A DNA stretch of 59,272 nt from positions 1 through 59,272 of the forward strand of contig JBEDND010000252.1 of assembly GCA_041170785.1 (NCBI GenBank), read 5' to 3'. The notes under the pieces are model-generated. The model was not told the origin of the DNA. It ran no database searches and worked only from the letters and a program-made list of their open reading frames with translations. The translations under genes and the position numbers were made by a program. This document shows positions 45,424-53,852 of this stretch, piece after piece (position 1 is the first letter of the stretch; every line of letters starts with the position of its first letter). This DNA comes from Bacteroidota bacterium (GTDB taxonomy: Bacteria; Bacteroidota; Bacteroidia; NS11-12g; UBA955).

Positions 45424-46566
45424 ATGCGTAAAATTCAAATGGTGGACCTCGGCACCCAGTATCTGAAGATTCAGGACGAGGTTGATGCAGCAATGAAGGA
45501 GGTCATCCTCAACTCCTCTTTTATCAACGGTCCGGCGGTGAAGAAGTTTGAACAGGAACTGGCCGTTTACCTCGATGTTCCTTACGTGATTGGCTGTGCC
45601 AATGGCACCGATGCGCTTCAGGTGGCCATGATGGCGCTGGATCTGCCTCCCGGATCCGAAATTATTACACCGTCTTTTTCTTACGCAGCACTTGCAGAAA
45701 TGATTCACCTGCTGGGTCATAAGCCTGTTTATTGTGAAGTAGATCCAACTACCTACTTGATGGATCCGGCTACGCTCGGCAGCCTCATCACGCCGGCAAC
45801 CAAGGTCATCGCTCCGGTGCATCTGTATGGTCAGTGTGCACCAATGGCTGAGATCCTTGAAATCGCCCAACGCCACAACCTGTATGTGATTGAAGATACT
45901 GCCCAGGCCATCGGTGCCCGATATACCTTCCCCGACGGTCGTATCATGCGCGCAGGAACCATGGGTCATATTGGTACTACTTCCTTCTTCCCTTCGAAAA
46001 ACCTTGGTTGCTACGGCGATGGCGGTGCGGTATTCTCCCGTGATGCGGTGCTTGCGGAAAAGCTGCGCATGATCTGCAACCACGGACAAAAAGTAAAATA
46101 TACCCACGATGTGGTTGGACTAAACTCACGGCTTGACAGCATTCAGGCAGCAGTTTTGTCTGTGAAGCTGAAACATCTGGATACCTACGAGTCCGCCCGT
46201 AATGAAGTAGCAGATGCTTATGACAATGGTTTATCCGGACTGCCCGGCGTGCGCATCCCTTCAAGGGTTTCAAACAGCACCCATGTGTTTCACCAATACA
46301 CCCTCGCACTGGGAACGCATGCCATGAGGGAAGCATTGAAGGCGCATTTGGATGCCGCCGGAATTCCCAGCATGATTTATTATCCCACGCCGCTGCACCG
46401 TCAGCGTGCTTATTTCGACGCCTCGGTACACATGCCGGGCACAGAAGATTTGTGTATGCGGGTTCTTTCCCTGCCCATCAGCACGGAAATGGACCAAGAA
46501 CAGATTCAGTACATCGTGGAAAGCATTCGTGCCTTCGCCCAAATAAATCAACCAGAACAGGAATGA
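45424..46566 (+). CDS. DegT/DnrJ/EryC1/StrS-family PLP-dependent sugar aminotransferase
   Basis: MRKIQMVDLGTQYLKIQDEVDAAM..., GCANGTDALQ and FFPSKNLGCYGDGG (PLP lysine context). It has an ATGA overlap with ugd. Confidence 0.85.
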   Translation: MRKIQMVDLGTQYLKIQDEVDAAMKEVILNSSFINGPAVKKFEQELAVYLDVPYVIGCANGTDALQVAMMALDLPPGSEIITPSFSYAALAEMIHLLGHKPVYCEVDPTTYLMDPATLGSLITPATKVIAPVHLYGQCAPMAEILEIAQRHNLYVIEDTAQAIGARYTFPDGRIMRAGTMGHIGTTSFFPSKNLGCYGDGGAVFSRDAVLAEKLRMICNHGQKVKYTHDVVGLNSRLDSIQAAVLSVKLKHLDTYESARNEVADAYDNGLSGLPGVRIPSRVSNSTHVFHQYTLALGTHAMREALKAHLDAAGIPSMIYYPTPLHRQRAYFDASVHMPGTEDLCMRVLSLPISTEMDQEQIQYIVESIRAFAQINQPEQE

Positions 46567-47873
46567 AAATATCAGTTATAGGCACAGGATACGTAGGCTT
46601 GGTCACAGGCACCTGTTTCGCCGAAACGGGAAATCAGGTGATCTGTGTGGACATCGATGCGGCCAAAGTGGCTAAGTTGGCTTCAGGTCAGATTACCATC
46701 TTTGAACCCGGCCTGGAGCTTATCTTCAAAAGAAACCTGAAAGAAGGCCGTCTGCATTTCACCACTTCACTGAAAGAAGCAGTTGATGGAAGCGACGTGA
46801 TTTTCCTGGCCTTGCCCACGCCTCCGGGCGAAGACGGCAGCGCAGACCTCAGCTACGTGCTGAACGTGGCCGGAGAAATTGGCAACATGCTTACTGATTA
46901 CCGCGTAGTTGTTGACAAAAGCACTGTTCCGGTGGGAACCGCCGACCTGGTGCGTGAAGCCATCGCTGCCGGATATTCCGGAGCGTTTGATGTGGTGAGC
47001 AATCCCGAATTCTTGCGCGAAGGTGTAGCCGTTGATGATTTTATGAAACCCGACCGCGTGGTGATAGGCTGCTCCAGCGATCGTGCGCGCCTCATGATGC
47101 AGGAACTTTATCAGCCCTTTGTGCGTCAGGGAAATCCCATCATCTTCATGGATGAACGCAGTGCAGAACTTACCAAGTATGCTGCCAATAGCTTTTTGGC
47201 CGCCAAAATTTCATTCATGAATGAAATCGCCCAATTGTGCGAACGCCTTGGCGCCGATGTGGACATGGTTCGTTTGGGTATGGGCTCTGATGAACGCATC
47301 GGGAAACGCTTCCTGTTCCCGGGTATTGGTTATGGTGGAAGCTGTTTCCCCAAGGATGTGAAGGCTTTGGTGCACTCTGCAGATAAAGCCGGATACGACT
47401 TCAAAATCCTGAAGGCAGTCGAAGCCGTGAACGCCCACCAGAAGAAAAGCCTGCTTCCCAAAATTCAGGCGCATTTTGGCGCTTTGAACGGCAAACACTT
47501 TGCCGTTTGGGGCCTCGCCTTCAAACCAAATACCGACGACATCCGCGAAGCGCCTGCGCTGGAACTGATCCACGCGCTGCTGCAGGAAGGCGCCACCGTA
47601 GCCGCCTACGATCCCGAGGCAATGGCCAATGTGAAGCAACATTCCGGCCTGGATATGCGTTTCGCCGACAACCAATACGATGCGCTGCAAGGCGCCGATG
47701 CACTCATCATCGCTACCGAATGGCCCGAATTCCGCACTCCTGATTTTGACCGCATCAAAACAGCCTTGAAAGAACAGGTGGTATTTGATGGCCGAAATGT
47801 GTTCGACCTCGACGCCATGCGCAGGGAAGGCTTTACGTATTATTCCATAGGCCGTTCTGACCTGAAGGCCTAA
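46563..47873 (+). CDS. ugd: UDP-glucose 6-dehydrogenase
   Basis: [16 protein letters not shown] and [11 protein letters not shown] (catalytic Cys). The track ORF start at 46452 lies inside the previous gene. The ATG at 46563 overlaps that gene's stop. Confidence 0.92.
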   Translation: MKISVIGTGYVGLVTGTCFAETGNQVICVDIDAAKVAKLASGQITIFEPGLELIFKRNLKEGRLHFTTSLKEAVDGSDVIFLALPTPPGEDGSADLSYVLNVAGEIGNMLTDYRVVVDKSTVPVGTADLVREAIAAGYSGAFDVVSNPEFLREGVAVDDFMKPDRVVIGCSSDRARLMMQELYQPFVRQGNPIIFMDERSAELTKYAANSFLAAKISFMNEIAQLCERLGADVDMVRLGMGSDERIGKRFLFPGIGYGGSCFPKDVKALVHSADKAGYDFKILKAVEAVNAHQKKSLLPKIQAHFGALNGKHFAVWGLAFKPNTDDIREAPALELIHALLQEGATVAAYDPEAMANVKQHSGLDMRFADNQYDALQGADALIIATEWPEFRTPDFDRIKTALKEQVVFDGRNVFDLDAMRREGFTYYSIGRSDLKA

Positions 47874-47884
47874 GCTTACTATCA

Positions 47885-48877
47885 ATGGAACGCAAACGAG
47901 TACTTATAACAGGTGCAGCAGGATTCCTCGGATCACACCTCTGCGACCGCTTTATCCGCGAAGGATACCACGTGATTGGCATGGATAACCTGATTACCGG
48001 CGACCTGCGCAACATCGAACACCTGTTTCGTTTGGAACAGTTTGAATTCTACAACCACGACGTAAGCAAGTTCGTGCATGTGCCCGGGGAACTGCACTAC
48101 ATCCTGCATTTCGCCAGTCCGGCCAGTCCGATAGATTACCTCAAAATCCCCATTCAAACGCTTAAAGTGGGCAGCTTGGGAACGCACAATCTACTTGGAT
48201 TGGCGCGCGCCAAAAAGGCCACCATCATGGTAGCCAGCACCAGCGAAGTGTACGGCGATCCTTTGGTACACCCGCAAAATGAAGATTACTGGGGCAACGT
48301 AAATCCTGTTGGACCTCGCGGCGTTTATGATGAGGCAAAGCGCTTCCAAGAAGCCATCACCATGGCGTACCACACCTACCACGGCGTGGATACACGCATC
48401 GTGCGCATCTTCAACACGTATGGCCCACGCATGCGCCTGAACGACGGACGTGTATTGCCCGCCTTCATCGGACAGGCACTGCGCGGCGAAGACCTCACCG
48501 TGTTCGGTGATGGAAGCCAAACACGCAGCTTCTGCTATGTAGATGATCTGGTGGAAGGAATCTATCGCCTGCTTCATTCCGATTGTGTGCAGCCTGTGAA
48601 CGTGGGCAACCCCGACGAAATCACCATCAGCCAGTTTGCTGAGGAAATCATTCGCCTTACCGGAACCAGCCAGAAGGTGATTTATAAACCGCTGCCCACC
48701 GACGACCCGAAACAGCGTCAGCCGGACATCACCCGGGCACGCCAAATCCTGGGCTGGGAACCTAAAGTGCACCGCTCTGAAGGTTTGAAGATTACCTACG
48801 ACTATTTCCGTTCGCTGCCAAAAGAGCGTTTGTATGAAGAAGCTCATGGGAAATCTTTTGATGGCTTTTCGAAGTAA
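47885..48877 (+). CDS. UDP-glucuronate decarboxylase (UDP-xylose synthase-type SDR)
   Basis: [29 protein letters not shown] (YxxxK) and [14 protein letters not shown], colinear with eukaryotic and bacterial UXS. Confidence 0.88.
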   Translation: MERKRVLITGAAGFLGSHLCDRFIREGYHVIGMDNLITGDLRNIEHLFRLEQFEFYNHDVSKFVHVPGELHYILHFASPASPIDYLKIPIQTLKVGSLGTHNLLGLARAKKATIMVASTSEVYGDPLVHPQNEDYWGNVNPVGPRGVYDEAKRFQEAITMAYHTYHGVDTRIVRIFNTYGPRMRLNDGRVLPAFIGQALRGEDLTVFGDGSQTRSFCYVDDLVEGIYRLLHSDCVQPVNVGNPDEITISQFAEEIIRLTGTSQKVIYKPLPTDDPKQRQPDITRARQILGWEPKVHRSEGLKITYDYFRSLPKERLYEEAHGKSFDGFSK

Positions 48878-50009
48878 AGGCATAGCAGCACTGCTGCTGT
48901 TGTTGCCGCTTGCCCTTGCTGCGCAGAAACAAAAGGTTTACTGGCTGGATCAAGAATACCGTGAGGTAAAGAAGAAAAAGGCTGTGTACAGCGAAACATG
49001 GTCGCCGACAGGCCCAAATTACCTCCGCACCGTGCGTTTTAAGAACGGCAACCTGCACATCCGCGCGCACTACAGCCGTTTACGTCCTCAGTTTGTTCCC
49101 GACAGCTTCCTGCAAGGCTCCTGGGAGTCTTACAATCCACAAGGCCAGTTGCTGGATTCCGGTTATTTCCAGAAGGGAAGGAAGCATGGAAAATGGTATG
49201 AACGAAATTCGGAATTGCCCGCGTATAGTTTAGGCCAATACCGCAATGGCCAGGCCGTGGGCCGCTGGCAGGCACAGTATGACAACGGGAATATTCGTTT
49301 CAAGGGTGCTTATGTACATGGGAAAAACAGCGGGGAACATCTGTATTTCAGCGAATCGGGCGTGCTGGTGAAACGTCGGACGTACCGAAATGATACACTG
49401 GACGGGCCTATCCAGAATTACGATGAGCAAGGCCGGCTGTTGTATGCGGTCAACTACAAAAATGGCCAGAAGCATGGCCGCTGGGTGCGCTATACCGAAT
49501 CGCGACAACTTTTTGAATACGGCACCTACGACAACGGAAACAGGGTGGGCAGCTGGTATTTCTACCATCCCAACGGGAAACTCGCCTCTTTTGAACAATT
49601 TGCTTCTGCCGACTCCGGCAAAGGCCAGGAACGCCTGCTGCATGTACAGCATTACAATACCGAAGGGAAACCCGTTCCGTTTGATTCCGCCCGCGCTTAT
49701 ACCAGAGCTTCGGCAAAAGGTGGATTGCAGCAATACTACAGTAAGATTACAGATTTGGTGGAATACCCCGAGGCCGCCCGTGAAGCCGGAAAGGAAGCCA
49801 CGGTGAAGGTTTGTTTCACCATCACACCCGAAGGCCGCGTGGACCATTTGGAGATCTGCCAGATGGATGGCCCCAGAGGTTATGGTTTTGAAGCCGAAGT
49901 GCTGCGTGTGATGCGCAAGATTGACTGGGAATGGGTGCCTCCGATAGAACACAACCGGCCGGCTTATGGGTATTTCCAGTTGCCGGTGCAGATGTCGGTT
50001 TCGCGCTGA
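48861..50009 (+). CDS. Secreted YwqK/MORN-like repeat protein with C-terminal TonB_C domain
   Basis: Signal peptide [22 protein letters not shown] and repeats of the G.W..Y..NG type ([38 protein letters not shown]). The C-terminus is [26 protein letters not shown]...[14 protein letters not shown]. The start is uncertain (48834, 48846 or 48861). Confidence 0.68.
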   Translation: MAFRSKGIAALLLLLPLALAAQKQKVYWLDQEYREVKKKKAVYSETWSPTGPNYLRTVRFKNGNLHIRAHYSRLRPQFVPDSFLQGSWESYNPQGQLLDSGYFQKGRKHGKWYERNSELPAYSLGQYRNGQAVGRWQAQYDNGNIRFKGAYVHGKNSGEHLYFSESGVLVKRRTYRNDTLDGPIQNYDEQGRLLYAVNYKNGQKHGRWVRYTESRQLFEYGTYDNGNRVGSWYFYHPNGKLASFEQFASADSGKGQERLLHVQHYNTEGKPVPFDSARAYTRASAKGGLQQYYSKITDLVEYPEAAREAGKEATVKVCFTITPEGRVDHLEICQMDGPRGYGFEAEVLRVMRKIDWEWVPPIEHNRPAYGYFQLPVQMSVSR

Positions 50010-50103
50010 TCTTAATTCCTGGTTTCAACGCAAGAGCGGCTTGTTTTGCGGGGATCTTGCATGTGCATCGTCATGCCGGCAGCACAAGCCTTAATTTCGC
50101 GGC

Positions 50104-50823
50104 ATGAATTCCATCAACTTAGCAGGTCAGGTAGCGGTAATTACCGGCGTGAGCAAAGGCATCGGCCTTCATTTGTGTACACAACTGCTGGACAAAGGTG
50201 CCATCGTGTATGGTTTGGGACGGAACGCACCCGACCTGAACCACGAACACTTCCATTTTATCACCTGCGATGTGCGCAGTGCTGCCGCTGTGGAAACAGT
50301 GTTCGCACAGATTTTTCAGGAACAGGACGGTAAAGTTGATGTGCTGGTGAACAACGCGGGCCTCGGCTATTTCGGCTTCTGCGAAAGTTTACCCCTGGAA
50401 CAATGGGATGAGCTTTTCGCCACCAATGTAAATGGCGTTTTTTATTGCACACGCATGGTGCTTCCCGGTATGAAGGAACGCCAATACGGACAAATCGTGA
50501 ACATTTCCAGCATCGCCGGACTCGAAGGCTATCAGCAGGTTTCGGCCTATTGCGCCACCAAATTCGCGGTACGCGGTTTCAGCGACGCGCTGTATAAAGA
50601 AGTGCGTGAAGAAGGCATCCGCGTTACCTGTGTTTATCCCGGCAGCGTGAAAACCGATTTCTTCCGCAACAGCCCGTCCATCAAGCCCCACGACTACATG
50701 TTGGATCCGGAAGATGTGGCACATGCCATCCTCAACTTCCTCCAAATGCCCAAGAACTTCCATACGGTAAACCTGGAAATCAGGCCATTGCAGCCGAAAG
50801 GCCCAAAGGCGGCCAACAACTAA
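50104..50823 (+). CDS. SDR-family oxidoreductase
   Basis: VAVITGVSKGIG (TGxxxGxG), NNAG and YCATKFAVRGF (YxxxK). Confidence 0.85.
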   Translation: MNSINLAGQVAVITGVSKGIGLHLCTQLLDKGAIVYGLGRNAPDLNHEHFHFITCDVRSAAAVETVFAQIFQEQDGKVDVLVNNAGLGYFGFCESLPLEQWDELFATNVNGVFYCTRMVLPGMKERQYGQIVNISSIAGLEGYQQVSAYCATKFAVRGFSDALYKEVREEGIRVTCVYPGSVKTDFFRNSPSIKPHDYMLDPEDVAHAILNFLQMPKNFHTVNLEIRPLQPKGPKAANN

Positions 50824-50845
50824 GCGCGCCGGCTGTTTCTACGTT

Positions 50846-51532
50846 ATGGCCATATTAAAGGAAGTGCCGCTGGCAACCCAGGGACAAAAGCCCGATCACG
50901 GCATCACGCTGTATTACGTGTACGATGCTTTGTGCGGTTGGTGCTACGGATTCTCACCGGTGATGCGGCGGGTGCAGGACCGTTTTGCCGGTGCTGACGT
51001 AAAAATAGAGGTCATCAGCGGAGGCATGATTCTGGGCGAGCGCGCTCAACCCATTGGAACTATGGCAGATTACATCCTTCAGGCCCTGCCTCGTCTGGAA
51101 TCTATGACCGGAGTGGCCATGGGTGAAGCTTATAAAGAAGTGCTGCGCGAAGGAACTCGGGTGTACGATTCGCTGTTGCCTTCCCGCGCGCTGAGTGCCT
51201 GGAAGAATCAATTTCCCGAACGACAGCTGGAATACGCATCGGCCATGCAAAAAGCCATTTTTGTGGATGCCGAACCTGTGAATGAGCCGGAATTATATCC
51301 GCAATTGGCGGCGCAGCTGGGCGGCGATGCGCATGCGCTTGAACAGGAATTAAACAGCGAGCATAACAAGTACAATACCCAAACAGAGTTTCAGTTCACT
51401 CAAGAACTGGGCATCAGCGGTTTTCCGGCTTTGATTGGCCTGAAGGAAGGCAAGTTCTATATGCTGGCGCGTGGTTTTACGCCGTTTGCAACTTTGGCCG
51501 AAACCTTACAATCGTTCACAGGCGCAGATTAA
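50846..51532 (+). CDS. DsbA-family thioredoxin-fold protein
   Basis: YVYDALCGWCYGF (CxxC active-site context) and a length and pattern like DsbA/FrnE-type proteins. Confidence 0.72.
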   Translation: MAILKEVPLATQGQKPDHGITLYYVYDALCGWCYGFSPVMRRVQDRFAGADVKIEVISGGMILGERAQPIGTMADYILQALPRLESMTGVAMGEAYKEVLREGTRVYDSLLPSRALSAWKNQFPERQLEYASAMQKAIFVDAEPVNEPELYPQLAAQLGGDAHALEQELNSEHNKYNTQTEFQFTQELGISGFPALIGLKEGKFYMLARGFTPFATLAETLQSFTGAD

Positions 51533-51599
51533 ACAGCCGGCACAGATTTCGGTCTCTTTTTTTAATGGGGGAGAAATTGCTTTTTAAACGCAGCACCTA

Positions 51600-52466
51600 A
51601 TGATGAAGCGCCGGAGTTTTATTCAGCAAAGCACCCTTGCCGGATTAGCGCTTATGACCACAACATCCATGATGAAAATGAACTCTGAAACAGAGCCTGT
51701 AAAGCGCATGCCTGCGCTGTTTATCGGACACGGAAGTCCGATGAATGCCATCGAACAGAATGTATTCCATCAGGAATGGCAGCGCCTGGGGCGCGAACTT
51801 CCGAAGCCTAAAGCCATTCTGTGCGTTTCTGCGCATTGGATGACGCCGGGAACGCGTGTTACCGCCATGGAAATGCCGAAAACCATTTACGATTTCTACG
51901 GCTTCCCGCAGGCGCTGTACGATGCCAAATATCCCGCGCCGGGTGCGCCAAAACTCGCACAGCAAACAGCAGAACTGGTGACCAGCGCCAAGGTGATGCA
52001 GGATTTGGACTGGGGCCTCGACCACGGCACCTGGAGTGTGTTGCTGCCCATGTTTCCCATGGCCGATATCCCGGTGTATCAGCTGAGCCTCGACATGAAC
52101 GCCGCACCGGCGCGCCATTTCGAAATAGGCAAAGAACTGTCGGCCCTGCGCAATCAGGGTGTGCTCATCATCGGAAGCGGAAATATGGTGCACAACCTGG
52201 GCCGCATGCAGTGGTCAGATGGCGCTTACGACTGGGCTCAGGAGTTCGACCTGTGGTGCAAGGATCAAATTCAGATTGGCGATATGCAAGCTCTGGTTGA
52301 TTACCACAAAAAAGGACTGATGGCCGAGCTTTCCATTCCTACCGCCGAACATTACCTGCCGCTGCTCTATATTCTGGGATTGAAGGAAGAATCGGAACCC
52401 CTGTGCTGGTTCAATGAACAGGTAACCATGGGCAGCATCAGCATGCGCAGTCTGATGATTGGCTGA
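51600..52466 (+). CDS. Class III extradiol dioxygenase (4,5-DOPA dioxygenase, YgiD-like) with Tat-type signal
   Basis: MMKRRSFIQQSTLAGLALM (twin-arginine motif), then MPALFIGHGSPMNA...CVSAHW...DHGTWSVL...GSGNMVHNL, colinear with YgiD. Confidence 0.85.
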   Translation: MMKRRSFIQQSTLAGLALMTTTSMMKMNSETEPVKRMPALFIGHGSPMNAIEQNVFHQEWQRLGRELPKPKAILCVSAHWMTPGTRVTAMEMPKTIYDFYGFPQALYDAKYPAPGAPKLAQQTAELVTSAKVMQDLDWGLDHGTWSVLLPMFPMADIPVYQLSLDMNAAPARHFEIGKELSALRNQGVLIIGSGNMVHNLGRMQWSDGAYDWAQEFDLWCKDQIQIGDMQALVDYHKKGLMAELSIPTAEHYLPLLYILGLKEESEPLCWFNEQVTMGSISMRSLMIG

Positions 52467-52574
52467 AGAAGCCGCTGACAGCAACAACCATCAGCAATAC
52501 ACATGGTTTTGGCCTGTTTGTGCAGGTCGTGCAAACATTGTACGTTTACGGCCGTTCTTCACATTATACGAAAC

Positions 52575-53381
52575 ATGGGAGTCAATGCAGGTAAAACCAA
52601 GGCAGGCATCGCACTGATCACCGGCGCGTCCGGTGGGCTGGGGCTGGAATTTGCAAAGTTGTTCGCAGAAGATGGCCACAACCTGATTCTGGCTGCGCGT
52701 TCCGGTGATAAACTGGACCAGATATGCGCGGAGTTGCGCGGCCGGTATGGAGTGGAGGCCACATCTTATGTTGTGGACTTGTCTGTTCCGGAACAACTGG
52801 AGCGCTTCGTTCAGTATATCGCCCCGATTCATATTGGCTATTTGGTGAACAATGCCGGTTTCGGCGACACCGGATACTTCCACGAGCGGCCCTGGCAGGT
52901 GCAGCATGAAATGATCAACGTGAACATCCTCGCCTTGAGTCGTCTTACCCATGCCTGTGCTGAAGGTATGGTTCAGCGTGGATTTGGTCGGATTTTAAAT
53001 ATTGCCTCAACCGCCGCCTTTCAGCCTTCCCCCCATTTCAATGTATATGCAGCTTGTAAGTCATATGTATTAAACTTTACCGAAGCCTTGCGCGAAGAAT
53101 TGCGCGGCAGCGGAGTTAGCGCCACCGTTTCTTGTCCCGGTCCTACAGAAACAGGATTTCATAAACGTGCCGGATCCAATAAAAGTCGTATTCTAAGTTT
53201 AGGACTTATGTCCGGCGAGAAGGTAGCACTGAAGGCTTACCAAGGGATGATGAATGGCAAAGCCACCGTGATGCACGGCTTCACAAACACACTCATGACT
53301 TTCAGCCTGCGTTTTACACCGCGCAGCCTGGCTCCGAAGGTGGCGTACTACTTGATGAAATACAATGATGAGTCTGCTTGA
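52575..53381 (+). CDS. SDR-family oxidoreductase
   Basis: IALITGASGGLG, NNAGFG and YAACKSYVLNF. I take the ATG at 52575 rather than the track start at 52503. Confidence 0.85.
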   Translation: MGVNAGKTKAGIALITGASGGLGLEFAKLFAEDGHNLILAARSGDKLDQICAELRGRYGVEATSYVVDLSVPEQLERFVQYIAPIHIGYLVNNAGFGDTGYFHERPWQVQHEMINVNILALSRLTHACAEGMVQRGFGRILNIASTAAFQPSPHFNVYAACKSYVLNFTEALREELRGSGVSATVSCPGPTETGFHKRAGSNKSRILSLGLMSGEKVALKAYQGMMNGKATVMHGFTNTLMTFSLRFTPRSLAPKVAYYLMKYNDESA

Positions 53382-53802
53382 GCTGATTTTTTCCCTCTCA
53401 GGCCTTTTGGCCATGTGTGGTTGGGTGCCCGCCCTTTTTTTTCCGGCAGCGCCGTTCACCCGAACTTTGGTACATAAAGGGCTCGTGCCGGCCTTGCTGG
53501 CGCTGGCATATGGCTACCTCATCAGCCGCTTCAGCAGTGAAGCCTCCGGCGGGTTTGGCTCTTTGGAAGAAGTAAAACAACTCTTCTCCAATGAAGCCCT
53601 GCTGCTTGCCGGCTGGCTGCATTACCTCTGCTTTGACCTGCTGATTGGTGCCCGCATCGGACTGGAAGCACATCATAAAGGATATGCCAAGCTGTGGGTG
53701 GTTCCGGTTCAAATTCTGGTGTTGATGGCAGGTCCTATTGGATGGCTGACCTATACAGCTGCCGATCGCCTGCAAACCGCACGCGCACTCAATAAAGGGT
53801 GA
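53365..53802 (+). CDS. DUF4281 (ABA4-like) membrane protein
   Basis: Four TM helices and LLLAGWLHYLCFDLLIGARI, typical of the ABA4-like family. It overlaps the SDR gene by 17 nt. Confidence 0.7.
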   Translation: MMSLLELIFSLSGLLAMCGWVPALFFPAAPFTRTLVHKGLVPALLALAYGYLISRFSSEASGGFGSLEEVKQLFSNEALLLAGWLHYLCFDLLIGARIGLEAHHKGYAKLWVVPVQILVLMAGPIGWLTYTAADRLQTARALNKG

Positions 53803-53835
53803 ATATCATTTTGTGTGCGCAGTGCCGTGCGCCAA

Positions 53836-53843
53836 TATCTTTG
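53836..53843 (+). promoter_or_regulatory. -7 promoter element TAnnTTTG (TATCTTTG) upstream of the BNR/sortilin-like gene
   Basis: Perfect motif 9 nt upstream of the ATG at 53853. It lies inside the longer track ORF (start 53799). Confidence 0.5.
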
Positions 53844-53852
53844 TATCTGCAC

